The notes: generated by a model not told the origin, from the sequence alone. DNA of 64,000 bases from Bacteroidales bacterium (GCA_017480245.1 JAFVBA010000004.1:11-64010); one strand, 5' to 3'; numbered from the stretch's first letter, positions 47,053-54,908 are shown. Numbers and translations are program-made.

Positions 47053-49179
47053 TTACTTAACAAAACCTTGTTGTTTCAAAAATGCTTCGTTGGTTGGTTC
47101 GTGTCCGCGGAAAGCTTTGTAGAGTTCCATCGGTTTTTTACTTCCTCCGCGTGAAAGAACGTTCTTTCTGAATGACGAACTTACTGCAGGATTAAAGATT
47201 CCTTGCTCTGTGAATGCTTGATAAGCATCGGCAGCAATAACTTCGCTCCATTTATATCCGTAATAGCCTGCTGCATATCCGCCTCCGAAGATATGGGAGA
47301 ATTGAGTACTCATCATGCAGCCGTCAATCATAGGCATAAGTTCGGCTTTCTTGCTTGCCGTTTGTTCAACAGCCAATACGTTACCGTCAAACGGTTTCTC
47401 AATTGAATGCCATGTCATGTCAAGGATTCCGAAGAACAACTGACGGATTGAAAGCCAGCCTGCGTTGTATTGTTGTGCCTCACGAATACGGTCAATGTAC
47501 TTTTGCGGAATCTTGTCGCCTGTCTTGTAATGAACGGCAAACATATCCAAGAATTCTTTTTCGTATGCGTAGTTTTCCATAAACTGGCTCATGCCTTCAA
47601 CGAAGTCATGGGCAACGCTTGTTCCCGAAAGAGATTGATAAGTGCATTCGGTAACTATGCCGTGCAGACAATGGCCGAATTCATGCAGAAATGTAGTTAC
47701 TTCATCGAAGGTAAGTAGGGAAGGAGTCTTGCTTGTAGGTTTGGAAAAATTGGTTACAAGTTGGATTAACGGGCGTATTTCGTTGTTATTGACCTTGCTC
47801 TCTTCACGGAATGAAGTCATCCACGCACCTTGACGCTTATTATCTCTTGGGAAGAAGTCCATATAAAGCACAGCCATGAACTTATTGCTCGTTTTGTCCC
47901 AAACCTCATATACTTGTACGTCTTTATGATAAACAGGTATGGATTTGTTTTCGCGGAATTCAAGGTTGTAAAGTTTTCCTGCCAATTCAAAGATACCTTT
48001 CTTTACATATTCCAAATTGAAATAAGGTTTCAACAGTTCTGGAGATATATCGTATTTTTCTTTTTGCAATTTTTCTGAATAGAAAGAGAAATCCCAACGG
48101 TTCAGAGTGCCTGAAAAACCATGTGCATTGGCATAATCCTGTACGGCTTTCAAATCCCGCTGTGCGTAAGGCATACTTGTGTTAAGTAAATCGTTAAGAA
48201 AATCATTTACTTTGGCAGGTTTTTCCGCCATCTTATCTTCTAACTCATATTCAGCGTAAGATTGATAACCCAAAAGGTTAGCAATCTTTAAGCGAAGATT
48301 GACAATATCTTTTATTACCTGCTTATTGTCGTTGGTATCGCCGTGATTTCCCATGGAATTGTACGCACGCCAGATTTTTTCCCTTATCTCACGGTTAGGA
48401 CAGTAAGACATAACGGCAACATAGGACGGTTGGTCAAGCGTAAAGGCGTAACCTTTCATGCCTCTTGCCTTTGCCTCTTGCTGTGCAGCCTCCAAAGCGT
48501 ATGCAGGCATACCTTCAACGTCTTTTTTGTTGGTAACATTCAGAACAAATGCGTTTTGGTCGTTTAAAACGTTCTGATTGAATTTCAAAGACAACACGCT
48601 TAACTCTTCATTTGCCTTGCGGAATTCTTCTTTTGCTTCTCCAGTAAGTAATGCTCCGTTTTTAATAAATCCTTTATAGACTTTGTCCAAAAGCATACGG
48701 TCTTCGGTCGTCAGTTTGATAAAATCACGGTTGTCATAGACCATTTTGATTTTGGCAAACAACTGCGGATTCATACTGACATCGTTGCTGTATTTGGTAA
48801 GGATAGGAGTAAGTTCTTGGGCTATCTGTTGCATTTCTTCAGATGTGCAAGCCTCGTTCATATTAAACAATATGGAAGAAACCTTATCCAATATTTTTCC
48901 GCTCTGTTCGTAAGCCACGACAGTGTTTTCAAATGTCGGATCGGCAGTATTGGAAATTATTTTATTGACATCGTCCTTTGCTTTCTCTATTGCGTAAAGC
49001 ATTGCAGGTTTGTAATGTTCCGTCTTGATTAAATCAAAAGGCGGCGTTTTTTGCGGTGTATTCCACTGCATAACAAGCGGATTGGAAGATTTTATTTCGT
49101 CCATTTCCTGTTTTGACATCTGTGCTGATAATAATGTTGTAGCCATAAGCATTGATGTTATTAAAAGTTTTTTCTTCAT
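47053..49179 (-). CDS. dcp: M3 family metallopeptidase (peptidyl-dipeptidase Dcp-like)
   Basis: HEFGH zinc motif. 708 aa with a signal peptide. Confidence 0.85.
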   Translation of the reverse strand: MKKKLLITSMLMATTLLSAQMSKQEMDEIKSSNPLVMQWNTPQKTPPFDLIKTEHYKPAMLYAIEKAKDDVNKIISNTADPTFENTVVAYEQSGKILDKVSSILFNMNEACTSEEMQQIAQELTPILTKYSNDVSMNPQLFAKIKMVYDNRDFIKLTTEDRMLLDKVYKGFIKNGALLTGEAKEEFRKANEELSVLSLKFNQNVLNDQNAFVLNVTNKKDVEGMPAYALEAAQQEAKARGMKGYAFTLDQPSYVAVMSYCPNREIREKIWRAYNSMGNHGDTNDNKQVIKDIVNLRLKIANLLGYQSYAEYELEDKMAEKPAKVNDFLNDLLNTSMPYAQRDLKAVQDYANAHGFSGTLNRWDFSFYSEKLQKEKYDISPELLKPYFNLEYVKKGIFELAGKLYNLEFRENKSIPVYHKDVQVYEVWDKTSNKFMAVLYMDFFPRDNKRQGAWMTSFREESKVNNNEIRPLIQLVTNFSKPTSKTPSLLTFDEVTTFLHEFGHCLHGIVTECTYQSLSGTSVAHDFVEGMSQFMENYAYEKEFLDMFAVHYKTGDKIPQKYIDRIREAQQYNAGWLSIRQLFFGILDMTWHSIEKPFDGNVLAVEQTASKKAELMPMIDGCMMSTQFSHIFGGGYAAGYYGYKWSEVIAADAYQAFTEQGIFNPAVSSSFRKNVLSRGGSKKPMELYKAFRGHEPTNEAFLKQQGFVK

Positions 49180-49228
49180 TTTTTAATTATGTTTATTCAA
49201 TTATAAGTTTGCGTAAAATTAACGTTTG

Positions 49229-49236
49229 CAAAATTA
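49229..49236 (-). promoter_or_regulatory. -7 box (TAATTTTG on the minus strand) for dcp
   Basis: The plus strand reads CAAAATTA. Confidence 0.5.
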
Positions 49237-49289
49237 CAAAAAATTCAAAAATTATATCTATATATCAACGGTATTTCAAAATTTCTTTG

Positions 49290-49297
49290 TACTTTTG
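49290..49297 (+). promoter_or_regulatory. -7 box TACTTTTG driving the structured leader and the TerB-like operon
   Basis: The context TTTCTTTGTACTTTTGCAA is nearly identical to that of the promoter at 52318. Confidence 0.55.
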
Positions 49298-49301
49298 CAA
49301 A

Positions 49302-49590
49302 GTCAATTAAATGATTGACATAGTAAATTGAGCTTGATGCTTATGTTCTCTGATTGCAAAGTCTGGAAAACTTGCTAAGGTATGAGAATAATAAGAATGA
49401 TAGTTCTACGCTTGGGCGTGAATTATTCTATCCTTATTATACCGAGGTATTCCAGACACCAGCAATTAAATTAAGGCTATTTTGAAGATTTACGTCTTCT
49501 TTTTATTCCTTAAACATATGTCTCAATCTCAAAACAGGGAATACCGAAAACTGTTTTTAGAGTAGGTGCGTTTAAAAAAATTAAAAAACA
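49302..49590 (+). ncRNA. Structured ~290-nt leader or candidate ncRNA upstream of the TerB-like gene
   Basis: A +1 hairpin GTCAAT/ATTGAC. A 97-nt multi-tier hairpin (49361-49457; GTCTGGAA/TTCCAGAC, GGTAT/ATACC, AGAATAAT/ATTATTCT, ACGC/GCGT). Two hairpin-plus-T-run elements (49484-49506, 49531-49558). Confidence 0.45.
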
Positions 49591-49968
49591 ATGGAAAATT
49601 TTTCTTTTACAAAACAAGAAATGGCTGCTGTTATAAAAATGGCAGGTATAATGGTAGCAGCGGATGGTATTGTTCATCAGAATGAAAAAGAGATGATGAC
49701 AAAAGAAGTTATGAGATTTAATATCCCCTTAAATGAGGTAGCAATGTTAGTAGAAAAGGCTAAAACAATGGAATCAGATGTTGCCATTGCTACAATAGCG
49801 ATCATGACCGATGCTCAAAAAAGATATGTTACTGCATATTTGGGAGCAATGATAGCGATAGATGGAGATGTTGATGATAAAGAGGTTGCTCTATGGTCAT
49901 TAGTATCACAAATCTGTCATCTTCCAAACATGACAATAGCAGAGGCAATAGATTATTTGGATAATTAA
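49591..49968 (+). CDS. TerB-like (tellurite-resistance TerB fold) small protein
   Basis: Two ADG/IDG....E motifs (MVAADGIVHQNEKE and MIAIDGDVDDKE). 125 aa, all-helical character. Confidence 0.5.
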   Translation: MENFSFTKQEMAAVIKMAGIMVAADGIVHQNEKEMMTKEVMRFNIPLNEVAMLVEKAKTMESDVAIATIAIMTDAQKRYVTAYLGAMIAIDGDVDDKEVALWSLVSQICHLPNMTIAEAIDYLDN

Positions 49969-49984
49969 AAAGAAGCAAAAACTT

Positions 49985-50701
49985 ATGGGACTATTTGATT
50001 TATTCGGAAAGAGTGGTAATGAATCATCTCTGAAAAGAAATAATACAAGCCAAAATTCTTTTTTACAAGATTTATTACATGGCAGTAATAATCCTTGTGC
50101 AGGAGCAATTGAGATAACTTTTGATTATCATCAACGCTATGAAAACGGCAATCCTGTATTAGGAGAACAAAACCACAAAAGAACCCTCAAGATTGAAAAG
50201 AATGTGTCAGGTGATATTGGATATACTGTTTCAATTAATCCTAGTATGTCGCCAAAAAGGATGAAAGTAATATCTTGTAGTAATGATAAGATTAAACTTC
50301 AAGGTTACGGATATGACAATAATGCTGTTATGATGGGCGTTCCAAAAGAAGCGGCATCATTTGAGTGTTATGCCTTGACTCTTAACGTTGCAAGTAGTGG
50401 AGTTTTAGATCGGGCAATTATTAGTTGCGATCTTCATTTGTTGGATAGAAATATAGATTTGAAATACTACCGACACAGTAAAGAAGAAAAGGAAACTATT
50501 AGTACAAACCAAGAAGATGCACAGGCTCAATATAATGCTGGAATTCTATATATGAAACAAAAAGATTATAAAAAAGCCGTGCATTATTTCACGCAATCGG
50601 CAAAACAGGGGTTCGTGCTAGCACAATATAATTTAGGAGTATGCTATCTCAATGGTGAGAAGGAGTTTCACAAGACAAGGAACAAGCTGTATATTGGTTA
50701 A
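49985..50701 (+). CDS. Hypothetical protein with C-terminal Sel1 repeats; the last repeat is frameshifted
   Basis: AQAQYNAGILYMKQKDYKKAVHYFTQSAKQGFVLAQYNLGVCYLNGE is Sel1-like. The canonical continuation GVSQDKEQAVYWLKKATNQGFQPAKEVL is in another frame, running to 50760. Confidence 0.6.
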   Translation: MGLFDLFGKSGNESSLKRNNTSQNSFLQDLLHGSNNPCAGAIEITFDYHQRYENGNPVLGEQNHKRTLKIEKNVSGDIGYTVSINPSMSPKRMKVISCSNDKIKLQGYGYDNNAVMMGVPKEAASFECYALTLNVASSGVLDRAIISCDLHLLDRNIDLKYYRHSKEEKETISTNQEDAQAQYNAGILYMKQKDYKKAVHYFTQSAKQGFVLAQYNLGVCYLNGEKEFHKTRNKLYIG

Positions 50702-50771
50702 AAAAAGCCACTAATCAAGGTTTTCAACCAGCAAAAGAAGTTTTAATGATTGTTGAATAATACAAATAAAG

Positions 50772-50797
50772 GCAGAGATTGTGATTCTCTGCTTTTT
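50772..50797 (+). terminator. Rho-independent terminator after the Sel1 gene
   Basis: GCAGAGA...TCTCTGC followed by TTTTT. Confidence 0.7.
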
Positions 50798-50957
50798 GGT
50801 TTATTATTTCTTTGTAAGGTTCAAACAAAATATTCTTCATTGTTAAGAAATTGACTTGTGTTATAATAATCCTGTCTGAAATTTGTCAGTTTTGTTGAAA
50901 AATTGTTGGTTTAAGGATAACATAGAAACAAGATAAAACTGTCCAATTATAAGTTTT

Positions 50958-51046
50958 CAGAATAAAACGGCGTTTCCAAAAATTGTTTTCTGAAAAGAAT
51001 CTGACGAAGTGGCGTTTTACGGCAACGAAACGTCACTTTATTTTTG
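50958..51046. repeat. Repeat family A, degenerate copy (left boundary of the islet)
   Basis: CAGAATAAAACGGCGTTTCCAAAAATTGTTTTCTGAAAAGAAT...AAACGTCACTTTATT. Confidence 0.6.
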
Positions 51047-51298
51047 GCTTAAAACACAATAATTTACGGAAATTAGACTTGTTCTTACGGAAATATTATA
51101 ATGAGATTATTTTGCTTGGTATTGCAAAGTTACAACAAATTATTGATATACGGAAATTCCACACTGTTGGCAAAAGGTAGAATTTGAAAGTAATTGTTAT
51201 AAAATTTGTACGCTGTTTTTAAGAAACTAAATTTAAAGATTTTCGTAAAATGTTTATATCTTTTTGATTGCAACAATCCGTAAGACGTGAAAAAATTG

Positions 51299-51306
51299 TA
51301 ACTTTG
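51299..51306 (+). promoter_or_regulatory. -7 box TAACTTTG for the Bro-N gene
   Basis: TAnnTTTG match about 48 nt upstream of the ATG. Confidence 0.5.
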
Positions 51307-51353
51307 CAAAAGATTATAATAAGACACAATGAAAACAAGATAATGATAATATT

Positions 51354-52214
51354 ATGTCGCAACAAGAAGCATTAAAACTGTTTGAAACAAAGAAAGTCCG
51401 CACCGTTTGGGATAACGAGAAAGAGAGATGGTATTTTGCCGTCGTGGATGTTGTCGCTGTATTAACCGACAGCGTAAATCCACAGGCCTATTGGAGAAAA
51501 TTAAAACAACGGTTGATAGAAGAAGGCAATCAAACCGTGACAAATTGTCACGGTTTGAAGTTGACGGCTGCGGACGGTAAGAAAAGATTAACCGATATGG
51601 CTGATACTGAGCAGTTATTCCGTATTATCCAGTCTATTCCGTCGCCTAAGGCAGAGCCGTTTAAGATTTGGATGTCGCAGGTTGCAAGTGCAAGATTGGA
51701 ACAGTTGCAAGACCCGGAGAAATCTATTGACCAAGCCGTAAAAGATTATAAACGGTTGGGATATAGCGATAAGTGGATAACGCAACGCATACGTTCAATA
51801 GAAGCAAGAAAGGAATTGACGGATGAATGGCAGAGAGGCGGAGTGAAAACAGGACAGGAGTTTGCAATGCTTACTGATTTGATGCTTCGGACATGGAGCG
51901 GTTTGACGACAAGGGAATACAAGGATTATAAAGGTTTGCACAAAGAAAGTTTGCGGGATAATATGACAAACATAGAGATTGCTTTAAACACTTTGGCTGA
52001 AGTATCTGCAACCGAATTGTCAAAACAAAAGAATCCGAAGAGAATATCCCAACACCGTAATATTGCAATGCGTGGCGGAGAAATAGCAAATACGGCACGC
52101 AAAGAACTTGAAAAAGATTTAGGTAAGAGTGTTATTTCCTCAGCAAAAGCAAGCGATTATCTTATATCTGACAATGATGTAAAGTTATTAGACGAGAAAG
52201 AAAACGAACAATAA
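51354..52214 (+). CDS. Bro-N domain protein (phage antirepressor / DinD-like)
   Basis: Bro-N hallmarks: VRTVWDNEKERWYFAVVDVVAVL and SPKAEPFKIWMSQV. The C-terminal half is DinD-like. Confidence 0.75.
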   Translation: MSQQEALKLFETKKVRTVWDNEKERWYFAVVDVVAVLTDSVNPQAYWRKLKQRLIEEGNQTVTNCHGLKLTAADGKKRLTDMADTEQLFRIIQSIPSPKAEPFKIWMSQVASARLEQLQDPEKSIDQAVKDYKRLGYSDKWITQRIRSIEARKELTDEWQRGGVKTGQEFAMLTDLMLRTWSGLTTREYKDYKGLHKESLRDNMTNIEIALNTLAEVSATELSKQKNPKRISQHRNIAMRGGEIANTARKELEKDLGKSVISSAKASDYLISDNDVKLLDEKENEQ

Positions 52215-52317
52215 AAAGGTAGTACTAATAGCAATAAACATAATAAAACAGCAGGTGAAAACAAATTCTTTGCCGTTTTTATTTTATTGTTTTAATTTTC
52301 AATTCAAATTTTCTTTG

Positions 52318-52325
52318 TATTTTTG
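52318..52325 (+). promoter_or_regulatory. -7 box TATTTTTG driving the structured leader and the MTase-nuclease operon
   Basis: Context is TTTCTTTGTATTTTTGCAG. Confidence 0.55.
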
Positions 52326-52327
52326 CA

Positions 52328-52605
52328 GTTGCAATAGTGCAACATAACAAGCAATAACTATTATTTCACATTCAAAATAAGTCCGACAAACTCATTTTGC
52401 AAAAAAGAAATAAAATAGTTCAGGCAAAGTTCTGTTTGAAATAGGTCTTACAAAACAAAGTTTGCACCTTAGGTGTATAACTTTCTATGTAAGACAAGGT
52501 ATTCAATGTCGGACTTTACCTGAATGTGAGTAGAACAAGTTTACACCTTATTTTATTTGTTTTTATTAAAAAGTGATTGATAGTTTTTGCAAAAATTATC
52601 AATCT
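52328..52605 (+). ncRNA. Structured ~275-nt leader or candidate ncRNA (or MITE) upstream of the methyltransferase
   Basis: A +1 hairpin GTTGCA/TGCAAC. A 162-nt hairpin (52367-52528) closed by CACATTCA..AAGTCCGACA / TGTCGGACTT..TGAATGTG. An inner hairpin GTCTTACA/TGTAAGAC with AAAGTT/AACTTT and CACC/GGTG. The duplicated segment AAGTTT(G/A)CACCTTA gives alternative pairings. Confidence 0.45.
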
Positions 52606-53580
52606 ATGTCTGATAGTAAGAGTTTAAGTAATGCCAGAAAGGCAAAGAAAGATGAATTCTATACTCAATTAGAAGATATTGAGAAAGAATTAAAACATTA
52701 TAAACAACATTTCAAAGGAAAGACTGTTTTGTGTAATTGTGATGACCCACGGGTAAGCAATTTATTTACCTATTTTTCACATCATTTTGAATCGTTAGGG
52801 TTGAAAAAACTTATAACCTCCTGTTATAAGAACCAAGATATTGATTTGTTTTCACAAAATTCATCAGATAAAGCCGTATATTTGGAATATACAGGCGACA
52901 AAAACGGAAACAAAATACCCGACAGGGAAGAAATAGAAGTAAAACCATTGCATGATAACGGAGATTTCCGTTCCGATGAATGCAAAGAACTTCTAATGCA
53001 AGCGGATACAGTAGTTACCAATCCGCCGTTTAGTTTATTCAGAGAGTATTTGCAACAAATCATTGATTTTGATAAAAAGTTTTTAATAATTGGCAATGTC
53101 AATGCAATAACATATAAAGAGTGTTTCAAATTAATTAAAGACAATAAAATGTGGTTAGGTGCAAGTATTCACAGCGGCGACAGAAAATTCGGCGTTCCTG
53201 ATGATTATCCATTGAATGCTGCAACCTGCGGAATAGATGATAAAGGGCAAAGGTTTATAAGAGTTAAGGGCGTTCGTTGGTTTACTAATATGGATTACAA
53301 AGAGCGACACGAGGATTTGCCTTTATATAAAAAGTACAATGAGCAGGAATATCCGAAATACGATAATTATGATGCAATAAATGTAGATAAAACTTCGGAT
53401 ATTCCGTGCGATTATTACGGTATTATGGGCGTACCTATAACTTTTATGTATAAATATAATCCCGACCAATTTGAAATTTTGGGATTAGATAATCATAATT
53501 TGAATAATAGTCTGGGATTAGGTGCAAATTCAATTAAAGGTAAGACTATTTATAGGAGAATAATAATTAAAAGAAAGTAA
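52606..53580 (+). CDS. EcoRI-family N6-adenine DNA methyltransferase
   Basis: N-terminal DEFYT and CNCDDP blocks and the catalytic TNPPF motif typical of the EcoRI_methylase family. I prefer the ATG at 52606 over the GTG at 52573. Confidence 0.8.
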   Translation: MSDSKSLSNARKAKKDEFYTQLEDIEKELKHYKQHFKGKTVLCNCDDPRVSNLFTYFSHHFESLGLKKLITSCYKNQDIDLFSQNSSDKAVYLEYTGDKNGNKIPDREEIEVKPLHDNGDFRSDECKELLMQADTVVTNPPFSLFREYLQQIIDFDKKFLIIGNVNAITYKECFKLIKDNKMWLGASIHSGDRKFGVPDDYPLNAATCGIDDKGQRFIRVKGVRWFTNMDYKERHEDLPLYKKYNEQEYPKYDNYDAINVDKTSDIPCDYYGIMGVPITFMYKYNPDQFEILGLDNHNLNNSLGLGANSIKGKTIYRRIIIKRK

Positions 53581-53584
53581 AATT

Positions 53585-54691
53585 ATGGAAGTAAAATTGC
53601 ATGAAATAACCGTAAGACAATTAGTTGATGGTTATGAAAACAGAGAAGACGAAGGTGTTGTTGGATTCGGCGGAAAATTAGACATACGTCCGCCTTATCA
53701 AAGGGAATTTATCTATTCTGCAGACAAACAAAAAGCCGTTATTGACACAATATTCAAGAATTTTCCGCTGAATATAATGTATTGGGTCAAAAGAGATGAC
53801 GGTACATTTGAAGTTATGGACGGGCAACAGCGAACTATGAGTATTTGTGAGTATTATTGTTGTAATTTTTCAATAGAAAAGGACGGTTATTTGAAAGGTT
53901 ACGACAACCTTACCGATAAAGAACAGGAGGATTTTCTCAATTATAAACTTATGGTTTATTTTTGCGAGGGCGATGATTATGAAAAATTGCAGTGGTTTAA
54001 GACAATAAACATTGCAGGCGAGGATTTGTCCGACCAAGAAATGAGAAACGCAGTATATAACGGCTCATGGGTGAATAATGCAAAGGTTTGGTTCAGCAAA
54101 AAAGTAGCAGGATGTCCCGCATATCAGATAGGAAGCCCGTATATTGCCTCTTCGGTGAAAATAAACCGCCAAGGGCTGTTGGAACTTGCGATAAAATGGA
54201 TAAGCAAGGGCAACATCAATGAATATATGAAGCAGCATCAACACGACAAAGACGCAACGGAACTTTGGAATTATTACAAAAACGTCATTGAGTGGGCTGA
54301 AAATCTGTTCGGAAAGCCGAGAAAAGAAATGAAAGGCTTACCTTGGGGCGAGTATTACAATGAATATAAAGACCAAGAGTTTAATCCCGAGGCTATTCAA
54401 CAAAGAGTTGATTTTCTTATGCAAGACGAGGAGATAGAAAGCAAAAAAGGTATTTATCTTTATGTGCTTGACGGCAAGGAAAAGCATCTTAATTTGCGTC
54501 AATTCCCTGAAAATATCAAGCGAACGGTATATGAAAAACAGGAAGGCAAATGTTTTGTTTGCAAAAAGGAATTTGAGTTTGAAGATATGGAAGGCGATCA
54601 TTGGAAACCGTGGCATGACGGAGGTAAAACGGAAATAGATAATTGCCGAATGTTATGCCGTGATTGTAACAGGGAAAAATCCGGCAAGTAA
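53585..54691 (+). CDS. DUF262 (ParB-like, DGQQR) plus C-terminal HNH nuclease; GmrSD-like restriction component
   Basis: DGQQR motif (VMDGQQRTMSI). C-terminal HNH GDHWKPWHDGGKTEIDNCRMLCRDCNREK. The start is 4 nt after the MTase stop. Confidence 0.8.
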   Translation: MEVKLHEITVRQLVDGYENREDEGVVGFGGKLDIRPPYQREFIYSADKQKAVIDTIFKNFPLNIMYWVKRDDGTFEVMDGQQRTMSICEYYCCNFSIEKDGYLKGYDNLTDKEQEDFLNYKLMVYFCEGDDYEKLQWFKTINIAGEDLSDQEMRNAVYNGSWVNNAKVWFSKKVAGCPAYQIGSPYIASSVKINRQGLLELAIKWISKGNINEYMKQHQHDKDATELWNYYKNVIEWAENLFGKPRKEMKGLPWGEYYNEYKDQEFNPEAIQQRVDFLMQDEEIESKKGIYLYVLDGKEKHLNLRQFPENIKRTVYEKQEGKCFVCKKEFEFEDMEGDHWKPWHDGGKTEIDNCRMLCRDCNREKSGK

Positions 54692-54765
54692 GTTGTAAAT
54701 CATTTTGTTTAGATTTGTTCTAATATAGCGGAAAAACAAATTAAAACATTTAAGATTATATATCA

Positions 54766-54830
54766 CAGAAATAAAGCGGCGTTTCATAAAAATTAAAGTC
54801 GCACATTATTCTGACAAAGTGCGACTTTAT
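54766..54830. repeat. Family-A left arm (direct repeat of 50958-50984) followed by a hairpin terminator AAAGTCGCAC/GTGCGACTTT
   Basis: CAGAAATAAAGCGGCGTTTCATAAAAATT compared with CAGAATAAAACGGCGTTTCCAAAAATT. The hairpin spans 54795-54830. Confidence 0.6.
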
Positions 54831-54908
54831 TGTATTAATTTGCGACTTTAATTTTGACAAGTGTCATTTTGTGTTTTTGAAAAGTAACACTGTTGTATCT
54901 TTTTCATA

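Noticed and set aside
49302-52605. Considered whether the two structured RNAs could be retron msr/msd or another RT-associated ncRNA
   Set aside because: There is no reverse transcriptase or other RNA-dependent enzyme gene nearby. The two RNAs share architecture and promoter context but have no clear sequence homology.
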